Below are positions 1 to 12,463 of a stretch of DNA of 64,000 nucleotides, in pieces (within the stretch, counting starts at the first letter, position 1; every line of letters starts with the position of its first letter). Where the stretch lies: contig NC_043004.1 of the NCBI RefSeq assembly GCF_006345805.1, positions 73,780,001 through 73,844,000 of the forward strand. Reading direction: 5' to 3'. Position numbers and translations under genes: made by a program. This DNA is from Octopus sinensis (lineage: Eukaryota). Below the pieces are notes generated by a model. It ran no database searches, had not been told where the DNA came from, and saw nothing but the letters and a program-made list of their open reading frames with translations.

Positions 1-339
1 ACTTGTCATGAGTGCCAGAATTCTAATAATTTCCTGTTTTGCATGAACTCGCTAGCATTCTTTTTTTTTTATTATTATTATGTAAAACATAATTTGAAAA
101 GGAAGTGCCAAAACGTTGTGTGCTTATTAAAACTGGATCTGAAATAGGAATTCGTTGCTGGATTATGAGAAACTTGAGTTAAATGTATAATGAAAGCAGG
201 TGCAATATTTAACACCAGAAGAGCTAAACAGGTAACACTAATGGTTGTACGTTTTTTTGAAAGGTAAGAATGATTTCTAGCATGGAAAAGATACAGCTAT
301 GAATTGAAACAGTAAGGTATTAAATACGTAATATGTACG

Positions 340-556
340 TGCGTATATGTGTGTGTGTGCGCGAGCGTGTGTGTGTTCGTGCGTACGCATGAGTGTGTGT
401 GTGTGTGTGTGTTTACATGCACACATATGTACGACTGAATGCAAACACGATAAAACGAACTTAATACAAAGCCAGGAATAATATCCACATTCCGTGTGCA
501 TGTGAGTGTGTGTGTGCGCGCGTGTGTGTGTGTGTGTGTGTGTATGGATGTATGCA

Positions 557-598
<42 letters not shown>

Positions 599-654
599 CG
601 TTTATACACACGCACATATATATATGCATGTATATATATATATATATGTATGTA

Positions 655-697
<43 letters not shown>

Positions 698-890
698 ATT
701 ATTACGTTTATACATACATACATAAGCATCTTTACAAGTATATATCGATGTGTATATCTATATACATTCATACTTATACGTATTCATTCACATTCACATT
801 CACATACAAATACACATTCGCACACACGCGTAATATATACTTACACACAGGCAAACCCATACATACATACATACAAACATATATACATGC
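340..890. repeat. Compound (TG)n/(TA)n/(TACA)n microsatellite block
   Basis: Directly visible dinucleotide and tetranucleotide runs; the ORFs here are YI/HT/CV repeats. Confidence 0.95.
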
Positions 891-1100
891 ATGCATTTTC
901 GTACAACCTTTTGAAGTCCTCACAACATGGCCAACTCCCGCGAGTTGCGAAGAAAGAAACGCGCTTTTATAATTATTCCTTAATTATTCGGATATAAAAC
1001 CAGATTTTCTATTAAATAGCCACGCACTAAATCTTCACTTAGAATATCTGCTGAATTCTTTGTTCAATTTGGAAGAAAGTGCTTCTAAGACACACACACG

Positions 1101-1160
<60 letters not shown>

Positions 1161-1195
1161 GTGTGTATGTATATATGTATACACACACACACACT

Positions 1196-1235
<40 letters not shown>

Positions 1236-1446
1236 CATACATACCTATACATATATATTCAATTCAGTTTGGAACTCTGTTATGTCGTCTTATCTTAATT
1301 AATCCTTTCGTTGATTTCTCTTAATACCTACACACATGGATATACATTCTTAAACATGCACATACAGGCACGTATACATATACGTGTGTGGGAATGTATA
1401 TATGTGTATGTGCGCACGTGTGTGTGTGTATATATATGTATATATA

Positions 1447-1501
<55 letters not shown>

Positions 1502-1504
<3 letters not shown>

Positions 1505-1926
1505 AGAGGCTGTGTGGTAAGTAGCTTGCTTACTAACCACATAGTTCTGGGATCAGTCCCACTGCGTGGTACCTTGGGCAAGTGTCTTCTACTATAGCCT
1601 CGGGCCGACCAAAGCCTTGTGAGTGGATTTGGCAGACGAAAAATGAAAAAAAAACCGTCATATATATGTATGTATATAAATGCATGTGTGTATGTTTGTG
1701 TGTCTGTGTCCGTGTGTGTGTATGTTTGTGTGTCTATGTCCCTCGCAACATCGCTGATAACCGATGCTGGTGTGTTTACGTCTCCGTAACTTAGCGGTTC
1801 GGCAAAAGAGACCGTTTGAATAAGTACTAGGGTTACAAAGAATAAGTCCTGGGGTCGATTTGCTCGATTAAAGGCGGTGCTTCAGCATGGCCACAGTCAA
1901 ATGACTGAAACAAGTAATAGAGTAAA
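1502..1926 (+). mobile_element. Bipartite tRNA-derived SINE (family A), complete, with internal microsatellite
   Basis: Head GGCTGTGTGGTAAGTAGCTTGC... with a B-box-like segment and CORE-like ACCTTGGGCAAGTGTCTTCT, then a TA/TG tract, then the 3' half ending ...CAGTCAAATGACTGAAACAAGTAA; many homologous copies in the window. Confidence 0.9.
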
Positions 1927-1935
1927 TTAGTAATC

Positions 1936-1999
<64 letters not shown>

Positions 2000-2337
2000 C
2001 GTGTATATATATATATATATAAATATTTATATATACACGCGCGTATATGTCAGTATTTGAGTGTATGCGTATGTTATGTGTATAAGGGCGTTTGTTCGTC
2101 CCCCTTTGAATGTATGTGTTTGTGTACAACTAGAAAATCTGTGTGATAAAATTCAGCTTATTCAATATTTTCCATCCATCCTCCATGATGTCAGGCATGG
2201 GGACTAAATCCGACTCCACGCGGTTTCAAAGTGAGCTTCTTAACTACACAGTCATGTCTGCTACTGAACACAAGACGACTGCTCACAAGTGATACGGTCT
2301 TTCGGAGTAAAAGACAGAAATACATGAAGAACTTGTA

Positions 2338-2903
2338 CTGGGTTGTCCGGAAAGTTCGTGCCGATTTTTAAAGGAAAGATAAAGGTCAATAAATATTTGC
2401 CATTGCATTTTTAATCGACCAAATATGAACCATTTTGTTGCACAATGCGTCTCCATCTTCCCTTTAACTTAAAAATACAATCTTCCCAGAATTGAGGTGG
2501 TTTCATGGCAAAGAATTCATCAAGGTATCTTTTTACGTCATCCAAGGAATTGAAATTTTTACTATTAAGACTATTCTGCAGAGACCTGAATAAGTGGAAA
2601 TCCGAAGGAGCAATATCTGGTGAATATGGAGGGTGGGGTAACACGTCCCAGCCGAGTTGCAGCAATTTTTGTCTGGTTCCCAAAGCATCAAGTGCCGAAA
2701 ATGAACTTTCTTATCTTCCATTTTAAAGGGTTACAGAATTAACACAGGTTATAGGAACATAAACCTTCTTCCACGAAAAGATAGCTTAAACTGTGCTCAA
2801 AATGGAGGTGTAGTCAAATTCTATTTTATGGGCTCAACCATGTTCTAAAATAAGTCGAAAGCTAAGCTACTATAAATCGGCACGAACTTTCCGGACAATC
2901 CAG
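2338..2903 (-). mobile_element. Internally deleted mariner element (non-autonomous)
   Basis: 30-bp TIRs CTGGGTTGTCCGGAAAGTTCGTGCCGATTT (2338-2367; 2874-2903, 1 mismatch), TA on the left; N-terminus MEDKKVHFRHLMLWE joined to C-terminus TRQKLLQLGWDVLPHPPYSPDIAPSDFHLF (YSPDxAPxD mariner motif). Confidence 0.93.
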
Positions 2904-3712
2904 CAGTAACAGTATTAGGCAGCAATGAAAGAAATACAGTTGTATCCTACACCTTATATTGCGCATTCTTCTCCTGTGTGTGAGTGTGGAAGTGATCGAC
3001 TTTCGTGCAGGTTTCGTCTATTAAACATCAGTTACAAAGTATCTCTTTCCTCAAACCCGGAATCATAGATCAGACAGGGAATCAAAGCTGGCCATGGTGG
3101 GATTTGAACTCAGAGACCAGGAAATCGGAAAGAATAAAGGGTTGTAACGGACGCTTTGTTGACTGTGTCACTTCGCCGCCTCAGATTGGATTTAAGTGAT
3201 CTTTTTTTCCTTTAAGATTAATCGTAACCTTTATAATGCACTTTTGACAATGTCACGCAAGTGAGGTCACCATAACAGATTAAAGAATGCGAAGCCATAA
3301 TTTCTCTCTCTTCCCCCTCTCTCTCTCTCCTCTTTTATCCGTCTCTTTCTCTCACCTCGCTGTCCTTCTCTCTTTCATCTCTCCCCCCTCTCTCTCTGTT
3401 TCTCTTTTCTCTAATATTTTGCAACGAACGCCTCTACCACCATCACCTCCACTATAGCTTTTATTATTACAACTAACACCGTCACCACTTCCACTACCAT
3501 TATGATCCGCACCGTCTTCGCTCGCGTCACCATAAAGCTGTAGCACATATACACACACACACACCAAATGCTAAAGAAAGAATCTCCTTGTGGTTGCTTG
3601 ATTACTAGAAATAGCAGTCAAATATCACCACCATACCCTACCTCCTTTAAAAAAAAGTAAACACTTTGGACTATGTAGCACTATATATTAATACGATCGC
3701 CTGTGTGTATTA

Positions 3713-3930
3713 AGGTGCATAGCCTTGTAGTTAATGTCTTCGGCTCATCATCATAAAGTCGTAAGTTCAAATCATAGCAGTGCATTGTGTTCTTGAGCAG
3801 GGCACTTTATTTTGTGCTACTCCAGTCCACCCAGCTGGTAAAACATGAGTAATTCTGTGACAGACCGTCCAGGGAGGAACATATACGCCAGAGAAACTAG
3901 GAAACTGGTTCCATGCTCTTTACGGAGTAA
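3713..3930 (+). mobile_element. tRNA-derived SINE (family C), diverged
   Basis: A/B-box-like head followed by ...GTTCTTGAGCAGGGCACTTTATTT; homologous to copies at 15803, 29180 and 41880. Confidence 0.65.
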
Positions 3931-4284
3931 TGAGGTCTAGACATAAAGACCTGAACCATCTTAGTCCTTTCTTATTTCTTCTTTACTTACCCTTTCTTTG
4001 TTGCATCTTCCAAACCAAGATCTAAATATTATTTCATTCTTTCCAGCCTACACCCTACCTCTCTATTAAGTTTATTTTTAAAAATTGTTAGAAGATATAA
4101 CGTCAAAGGTAGCCTATAGAAAGAGGAGGGGTTAAGACTTATCAGCCCTTCTAGCTCTGACATTGGTGTACTTAATAAAAATATACTAGATAAATATGTC
4201 CCTACATTAATTAAAAAATAAAAACTTAGTTTATGCTCCATTTCATTCCAAGTCGTCGACTGGTATATATATATATGTATATGT

Positions 4285-4667
4285 GGAGGCGCAATGGCCC
4301 AATGGTTAGGGCAGCGGACTCGCGGTCATAGGATTGCGGTTTCGATTCCCAGACCGGGCGTTGTGAGTGTTTATTGAGCGAAAACACCTAAAAGCTCCAC
4401 GAATATCCGGCAGGGGATGGTGGTGATCCCTGCTGTACTCTTTCACCACAACTTTCTCTCACTCTTACTTCCTGTTTCTGTTGTACCTGTACTTCAAAGG
4501 GCCGGCCTTGTCACTCTCTGTGTCACGCTGAATATCCCCGAGAACTACGTTAAGGGTACACGTGTCTGTGGAGTGCTCAGCCACTTACACGTTAATTTCA
4601 CGAGCAGGCTGTTCCGTTGATTCGGATCAATCGGAACCCTCATCGTCGTAACCGACGGAGTGCTTCC
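4285..4667 (+). mobile_element. Long tRNA-derived SINE (family D), young copy
   Basis: tRNA-like head GGCGCAATGGCCCAATGGTTAGGGCAGCGGACTCGCGG...GGTTTCGATTCC; about 96% identical by hand alignment to 58495-58854. Confidence 0.9.
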
Positions 4668-4737
4668 TATATGTATAATCATATTTATACACATGCCTAT
4701 AATTATATGTGTATCTATATAAAATACATATATATAA

Positions 4738-5052
4738 GCCACCCTCTCAAATGTTGTACATCGCTTGTCACAATGCAGTTCCATTTCTTGTTTGCGCGAT
4801 TCGTTTCCATCTTATCCCAAATCGCTCAACTAAATCATGTTCGCATAGTCGTGAAGGTCTTCCGAGTAGCCTTTTCCCCTCACTTGGATACAACTCTACG
4901 GGTTCACCTACCGGCTCTAAATCTCGCGATATTCCCGGCCCAGCGAAAGTTGTGTTTTCGGTATTCTGTGATTATATCGCTCGCTCTGTTCCGTTTTTGA
5001 ATTATCCCTGCACATCTCAAGGAAGAATCAACGCGTCAAGACCTTCGATGTA
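4738..5052 (-). mobile_element. RTE-clade LINE, ORF C-terminal fragment
   Basis: Minus-strand translation DIITEYRKHNFRWAGNIARF and GKRLLGRPSRLCEHDLVERFGIRWKRIAQ matches the RTE C-terminal W.GH..R / RGRP..RW.D motifs. Confidence 0.8.
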
Positions 5053-5058
5053 ACGTAG

Positions 5059-5500
5059 TTGCAGGATGCTTCCAAGAAGGAAGTTTGGAGTCAACTTGAT
5101 CAGGATTACAATTCCCTGGTGCGAAAAATTAAAAGCTGCAAGCAGAAGGTGAGTACTGCAAGCCAGCTGGAGCCTGAGAGAAGGATCTCTGAGGAGACGA
5201 AGAAAATACTAGAGAATCAGAAAACTAGGAATGGAAACAGGAAAGATCACCTCGAGTATTTTTTTTTTCTCTGCAAAGCGATCGGACTACAGAAAGAAAA
5301 TAACTTCGTGAATTGTAGACTTAAGAAGACTGCAGAGGAAAAGTCTAAAAAGGTGCAGGAGAGAGCTGGCATTCTATAGGTCAGAGACTACGGCATTTAG
5401 AAACAAGGCCGGGCAGTGCAAGGTATCAAGGCACAAAACACCAAACTGCTCAGAGATGCGAACTCTGAATGCACCACAGATATAGCCCTGCTATCGCCAC
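5059..5500 (+). mobile_element. RTE-like LINE, endonuclease-RT linker fragment (inverted relative to 4738-5052)
   Basis: ORF 5059-5379 DQDYNSLVRKIKSC...ISEETKKIL...LEY..LCK resembles the RTE EN-RT linker. Confidence 0.6.
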
Positions 5501-5540
5501 CAGCAAGAGTTGCAGTTGTATATATATTCATATATATACA

Positions 5541-5665
5541 TATTCTTTCTAAGCCCAGTACTTATTCTATCGGTCTCTTTTGCCGAACCACTAAGTTACG
5601 GGGACGTAAACACACCAGCATCGGTTATCAAACACATGGGGACAAACACAGACACACAAACATAT

Positions 5666-5696
<31 letters not shown>

Positions 5697-5873
5697 CATA
5701 TACATATATACGATAGGCTTCTTTCAGTTTCCGTCTACCAAATCCACTCACAAGGCATTGGTCGGCCCGGGGCTATAGCAGAAGACACTTGCCTACGATG
5801 CCACGCAGTTGGACTGAACCCGGAACCATGTGGTTGGTAAGCAAGCTACTTACCACAAAGCCACTCCTGCGCC
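5541..5873 (-). mobile_element. SINE family A with internal (CA)n/(TA)n
   Basis: Reverse complement of the 1502-1926 element. Confidence 0.9.
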
Positions 5874-6184
5874 ATGTATATATGAATGTATGTGTGAACA
5901 TATGTATAAATAAGCGACGAACCACGTTTACAAATAAACTTATTCTGATGCAATATATATATTAAAAGAAAGGAAGATCTTTCTCAATATGCAAATATAT
6001 ATGCGTTTGGGGATTACACACTGGTCCCTATATAATTGCCAATGCATAATATGCCTGCATCCTCAAGGATGTACGTTTGAATATAGGAGGATTGGGTAAA
6101 ATGAAGTCCAGTAAGAAGTTATCTGTTAATGGTTATCTATAATTATCACGTCAGACTTCTTAATTCTGCAATGACACTCTCTTT

Positions 6185-6202
6185 CTCTCACTCTCTTCTT
6201 CT

Positions 6203-6234
<32 letters not shown>

Positions 6235-6370
6235 TTCTTCTTCTTCTTCTTCTTCTCCTTCTTCTTCTTCTTCTTCTTCTCCTTCTTCTTCTTCTTCTCT
6301 TCTTCTTCTCTTCTTCTTCTTCTTCTTCTTCTTCTTCTTCTTCTTCTTCTTCTCTTCTTCTTCTTCTTCA
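6185..6370. repeat. (TTC)n trinucleotide microsatellite
   Basis: Directly visible. Confidence 0.95.
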
Positions 6371-6506
6371 CTTTCAGTTTCTCTCTCCATTTCTATGTGC
6401 GCACGCGCATATCTGCGTATGTATGTGTGTATATATACGTCTGAACATCTAAATAGTCTGGAAACGACTTGTAGACTGACACGTGCATAAGTTATGTACG
6501 TGTGTG

Positions 6507-6539
<33 letters not shown>

Positions 6540-6578
6540 GTGTGTGTGTCTGTACATGCATATATATACATATATAAG

Positions 6579-6623
<45 letters not shown>

Positions 6624-6638
6624 ATGAATGCATATATG

Positions 6639-6899
6639 TGTTAAGATGAGAGTTACGACGTCCCCATGCAAGAAATAGATGGATCTGAATAATAGTAACG
6701 ATCCGAGTGTGTTCAAGTTTCAGGGTTCGGAATCGAATGGAGTTCGTGTTAGCTCACAGTGAAGTCGGAAGGTGCCGGTTGGTTAGTTCACAAGGAATAT
6801 TGATTGTTGCTTCGTAAAGAGATTTGTTAGCTTGTTACATTGTTTTGACTGTTGTCTGGTTATCTTACATATTGTACATAACAGAATTACGTTACAACA
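6639..6899 (+). repeat. 5' LTR
   Basis: TGTTAAGATGAGAGTTACGACG...GTTACAACA, homologous to 9343-9600. Confidence 0.85.
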
Positions 6900-7033
6900 T
6901 CTGGTGATGAAGTTTTTGAAGCTCACATAGGTTATTTAACAATTTGTTTATGATACAACTTGTTAAATAATGGAAGACCTATTGGCTTCCAGAGTACAGT
7001 TGAGTGAAGCTAGAACATGAGTAGCAACAGGAG

Positions 7034-7830
7034 TTGCAGATGCAACTACTACTGCAACAACAACCACAACAACAACAGTTATTGGAGCTACATTCAAAGA
7101 TGTCCAAAAATGAGGTAAGTTCATTTTCGCCAGACGGCGTGTCCAACTCGGTTAATGAATTCAGTTATAACCCAGAGGAGGGTATAACGGGATTTTTAAG
7201 CAAGATTGCAAATCATGGTCGATCGAACAAAAAGTTAGATTGTTATTGCGAAAATTAGCTCCATTAGAGTATGAACTTTACTGTAATTTCATATTGCCCC
7301 AAAAGCCCAATGAAATTTGTTTTAAAGAAACAATAGAATTACTGTCTAACATATTCGGTGATAAAACTCTCTATAGGAGTGTTGGAATATAATGAAAAAA
7401 TAGAATGATGATTTTATCACAAACGCAGGAACAGTCAACAGAATGTGTGAAAGTTTTAAACTCAAAGAACTTACACTTGACCTGTCCAAGTATCTTATTT
7501 TCGTACAAGGCCTTCTAGCAAGCGAAGATACAGAAATTCGGGCAATAATTCCTTCTAAATTGGAACAAGTGAACCAAGATCTAACTTTACAGTCTGTGGC
7601 AAAAGAATGTCAAAGGATGGTAAACCTGAAACACGATGTAGAAAAATTCAAGAAAGGATTCCTCAAAATACAAATATGCCGACCGGAAAAGTACAACCAA
7701 AAAAGAGCGCCACGTCCTAATCCAATTTCATGATGTGGGGCATACATTTCAGAAAAGACTGTCCATTTAAAAATCAAAAATGTTACAGTTGCAAAAGAAT
7801 TGGTCAGAAGAGTTCACACTGCAGAACAAA
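7034..7830 (+). pseudogene. gag: gag remnant with CCHC zinc knuckle
   Basis: NSVNEFSYNPEEGIT, LIFVQGL..SEDTEIR, and DCPFKNQKCYSCKRIGQKSSHC across frameshifts. Confidence 0.75.
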
Positions 7831-7861
7831 ATTACGAAGGTCAAACGTAGAAAATCCTTGA

Positions 7862-8158
7862 GTGCTCTCAGCAGAAACAAAAACCTCCTCCCAAATAAGA
7901 CACTTCGTACATGCACAAATAAATGGAATACATATTAAACTTCAACTGGATACTGGAAGTGATATTTCAATAATAAATAAGGACACATGGAAGAAAATAA
8001 GGAAACCTATGTTGAGAAAAACAGCGAAATCTGCTGGTAGTGTGACGGACGACAAAATATATTTCATAGGCGAAACGTGGACTTTCACATTTCTAGGGAA
8101 AACATGCAAGGCGAAAGTCTTCGTCCTTAAAAATGCAACCGATCTATTTGGTAGCTGA
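7862..8158 (+). pseudogene. pol: Retroviral-type aspartic protease remnant
   Basis: IKLQLDTGSDISII catalytic motif. Confidence 0.85.
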
Positions 8159-8319
8159 TTGGCTAGAATTATTCGATTTATGGGACCACCACTTAAATTT
8201 CTATTGTAAAAATGTAAATGGTTGTCTCTCTAGAAATAATTTGTCTGAAGAGTTAAAGAGGAAATTTTAAAAGATGTTCCCGCAAGTACTCTCGGACAAA
8301 TTAGGTCTATGCATAAAAA

Positions 8320-9180
8320 CCCAGAGCCCATGGTCCAGGATACATATCGACTACGCTAGACCAGTGAACGGCGCATACTATCTAATCGTTGTGGATAGCT
8401 ATACAAAGTGGCCAGAGATATGCAGATGCAATAAACCCACAGCAAAGTCAACAATAAAGTTCCCACTCGAGTTATTTGCTCGATACGGTAGACACGTTAG
8501 TTTCAGATAGTGGAACACAATTCACGCGATATGAATTAAGAAATTTCTGCAAAATATACGCTATAAAACACATCTTTACTCCGCCCTACCTCCCGAGCTC
8601 CAATGAGCAGGCGGAATGATCTGTCGACATGTTCAAAAGAGCTCTAAGAAAAGTTAGGAACGAGCTAGATAATGACGAGGCACTAACGAAATGTTTGAGA
8701 GTATATAAAATAACGCCAAATCCAAATATTAATTCAGGAATGTCACCAGCAGAGTCAATGATCGCGCGTAAAATAAAATCGATCTCCGATGAATTATAGC
8801 CAGGAAAAAATACATATAAATGAAAGACGAAAAATACATTTGAAGGAAATACAAGAAAGACTTCAAAACATTTCAAAGTAGGAGATAAAGTTTATTTTAG
8901 AAATCACAAATATGGTAAAGAAAGTTGGGAGGATGGCTGTGTAATCAAAAGATTAGGTAACATGATGTATTTAATTAAAGGACAACTTTCGGAATATAAG
9001 GGACACCTTAATCAGTTAAAGATGAGACATATAGAAGAACGAAAGGTAAAACCAATGGAAGTCTTCTATGATATGCTTGAAGTGCCAACATCGAGACTTA
9101 TTGAACCCCGTAGAATTAGCTATAGAAAACTAAAACAGACTGAATATCTGAAAGTATCATCTAAACGAAAAAAAAATTAA
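8320..9180 (+). pseudogene. pol: Integrase core and C-terminal remnant
   Basis: PWSRIHIDYA.PVNGAYYLIVVDSYTKWPE, a frameshifted VSD.GTQF motif, PPYLPSSNEQAE, and FKVGDKVYFR. Confidence 0.85.
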
Positions 9181-9342
9181 GTTTTCAAAAAAAGAGCGCT
9201 TAGTCAAGCGAAAAGAAAAAGTGCTGTGTGCAACGTACAATACTACCTTAAAAGTCGGGCAACAATTAATATATAGCAGCCAAAAATCAAAAACAGAGGC
9301 ATAGGTACTGGGAAAAAATAAAATAAATCTTAAAAGGGAAGA

Positions 9343-9600
9343 TGTTGTGATGAGAGTTACGACGCCACCGTGCGAGAGAGACTGGTTTGAGTAAAGTATA
9401 AATAGTAATGACCCGAGAGAGTTTAGGATTCAGAGTTTGGAGTCGAGTGAAGTTGGTGTTAGTTGGCAGTGAAATGGGAAGGTGTCAGTTAGTTAGTTTG
9501 CAATATTGATTGTTAGCTCGTTAAGAGATTTGTTAGTTCGTTATATTGTTTTCACTGTTGTCTGGTTATCTTATTTATTGTAACAAATTACGTTACAATA
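9343..9600 (+). repeat. 3' LTR
   Basis: TGTTGTGATGAGAGTTACGACG...GTTACAATA directly after the polypurine tract. Confidence 0.85.
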
Positions 9601-10415
9601 TGTATGTAGGAATGTATGTATGTATGAATGTATGTATATATGTATGAATGTATGTATGTATGCATGCATGCATGCATGCAAGTATGTATGTATGTACGTA
9701 CGTATGTATTAAAATACATGTATCCAATGCGACTCTAGACTTTCATATCTCAGTTTAATATGTTACACATACGATCATCAGCTGACGAAGCTCTTATATT
9801 CTATGCTCATACAATATCACAATAGTACCAGTTTATAAGAGCATGGTGTTGTGCGTTTTTCTTAAAATAAACGAAGCACAAACAAAATAATTTGAACAAC
9901 CCCAAAATAAATGTGCATAAAGAATACTCTAAAATAAAATGAGAATTCACTCGACTGTTTGGAGCTTTCATCGTCGAAAGACACGTGACTTTTATCGTTT
10001 TATCACACAACAGAACACATACACTGGCATATATGGTTTCTAGAGATAGCAGCAAAATCTCCCTCAAATCATATTATATGCTTTTAGAAGAGAAAAGACA
10101 CATTGCATAATGTTGTCCTTGATGTAAACAGACTGAAAAAAAAGATGAAGAAAAAACAAAATGTTCATGACTGAAAGGCCCGACGTATGTGTCTGTGTAT
10201 GTGCGTGTGTATGCGTGTGTTTGCGTGCATATGTGTTTGCGTATGTGTGTATGTGTATGCTTGCGTATATATGTTTGTGTGTGTGTGTGAATGTGCGTTT
10301 GTTTTTATTGATATTTAATGTGTAAGACAATACTTTCCTTCTTACTAGGTTTGTATATAACAAATTAAATTTATCAATTTGGCTGCCTTGCTACCAATAG
10401 TGTTAGTAACCATAC

Positions 10416-10475
10416 TATTATAATTGAAAGTTAATAGCGAGCCATCGCAATAATTATCATCGTTTGAAGTGAAAC
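10416..10475 (-). other. Candidate exon (60 nt, phase 1-1, FTSNDDNYCDGSLLTFNYN)
   Basis: Acceptor cattattccatacag and donor gtatgg, with an open frame between them; no homology recognised. Confidence 0.15.
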
Positions 10476-10732
10476 CTGTATGGAATAATGCATTTTGAAA
10501 TAAGTAGTGAGACATTTTGAAATTTCGATCGTAATAATGCATTTTAGAATAATTAATTACATTACAAAATGAACGGAGCGTTTTATCATTCTCTCATATT
10601 TTCTGTATTTCGTGACTTGTGTAGGATATTTCCAACTTAAGCATGGCCGTACGTGTGTGCAGGCAAAGATATACATAAAGAATTTTCTCTGGATGTTTAT
10701 CAATCTGTGTTTCCCTTTCTCTCGCTCTCCCT

Positions 10733-10736
<4 letters not shown>

Positions 10737-10772
<36 letters not shown>

Positions 10773-11219
10773 GTATGTATGTATGTATGTATATATATAT
10801 ATGTGTCTGTATGTATATATATGTACATATATATATATTCATATATATATATATACTTTTATGTATATACATGTATATATCTATAAATATATATATATGT
10901 ATCCATATATATGTATATATATATATATATACTTTTATGTATATATGTATATATATTTATATATATATGTATGCATATATATATGTATGCATATATATAT
11001 GTATGTTAATGTGTGTATATATATATATATACACATATATAAATATATATATGTACATACATCCACATATATATATATACATACATACACACACACAGAC
11101 ATATATATGGTCTCAAAAAGCTATAAATACATCAACACGAAATCATCTACATGAAAGCACGCACATACACACTAAACACTAGCATGACCCCAAGAATATA
11201 TATATTGACACATACATAC

Positions 11220-11272
<53 letters not shown>

Positions 11273-11346
11273 TGACACACATAGCTATACATACTATACA
11301 TGTATATGTGCAATATATATACATATATATATAAATATATATACAT

Positions 11347-11416
<70 letters not shown>

Positions 11417-11830
11417 TTTCACATATACATATACATAGGCCTGCCCTACTTTCACCCCCTGAAGGATACCCTCGCAATGCTGGATATTCAATCTAACATC
11501 AAAGAATCCAGCTATAATACAACCCATTTAATATAGTTTAATGATTTTAGTTTTGGACATTGAAGTTCCTGTTGAGATTTCACACACACACACAGTGACA
11601 CGCACACACATAAGCGCACATACAGACACACAGACAGACAGACAGATACACACACACACACACACACAAACACACAAATATACACATACACACATCAAAT
11701 TCTCCATATATAAATATGCATTATTATTATACATCAAGATATGCGAATACGAATACACATACACACGCAAATATACCCGCACAACGCACGCATGTATATA
11801 TGTATACAGAACACACACACACATATCTCT

Positions 11831-11862
<32 letters not shown>

Positions 11863-12034
11863 CTCTATACACGCACACACATAAACATTTATATATATAT
11901 ATAAATATATATATGTACATATATATATATACACATATATAAATATATATACATCCATATATATATATATATGTATGTTAATGTGTGTATATATATATAT
12001 ATAATATATATATAATATATATATATAATATATA

Positions 12035-12082
<48 letters not shown>

Positions 12083-12105
12083 TATATATATTATATATAT
12101 AGTAT

Positions 12106-12169
<64 letters not shown>

Positions 12170-12179
12170 TATATATATA

Positions 12180-12228
<49 letters not shown>

Positions 12229-12238
12229 ATATATATAT
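10737..12238. repeat. Large degenerate (TA)n/(CA)n/(CT)n microsatellite field
   Basis: Directly visible; interrupted by short unique islands. Confidence 0.9.
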
Positions 12239-12239
12239 A

Positions 12240-12463
12240 AGGCGAGCTGGCAGAAACGTTAGCACGCCGGGCGAAATGCTTTGTGATATTTCGTCTGTCG
12301 TTACGTTCTGAGTTCAAATTCCGCCGAGGTCGACTTTGCCTTTCATCCTTCCGGGGTCGATAAATAAAGTACCAGTTTCGCACTGGGGTCTATGTAATCG
12401 GCTTAATCCGTGTGTCTGTCCTTGTTTGTCCCCTCTATGTTTAGCCCCTTGTGGGTAATAGAG

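Larger units (their letters stand above)
6639..9600 (+). mobile_element. Decayed Ty3/Gypsy LTR retrotransposon (K02A2.6-like), RT/RNase H deleted
   Basis: Paired ~260-bp LTRs, PBS-like TGG at 6902, PPT AAAAGGGAAGA at 9332-9342, and gag, protease and integrase remnants. Confidence 0.9.

Noticed and set aside
2411-2683. SETMAR/Metnase host gene
   Set aside because: There is no SET domain; the fragment lies between mariner TIRs and is internally deleted.
4285-4360. tRNA gene (also 58495, 15803)
   Set aside because: The tRNA-like head continues into a multi-copy SINE body, and the acceptor and anticodon stems do not pair properly.
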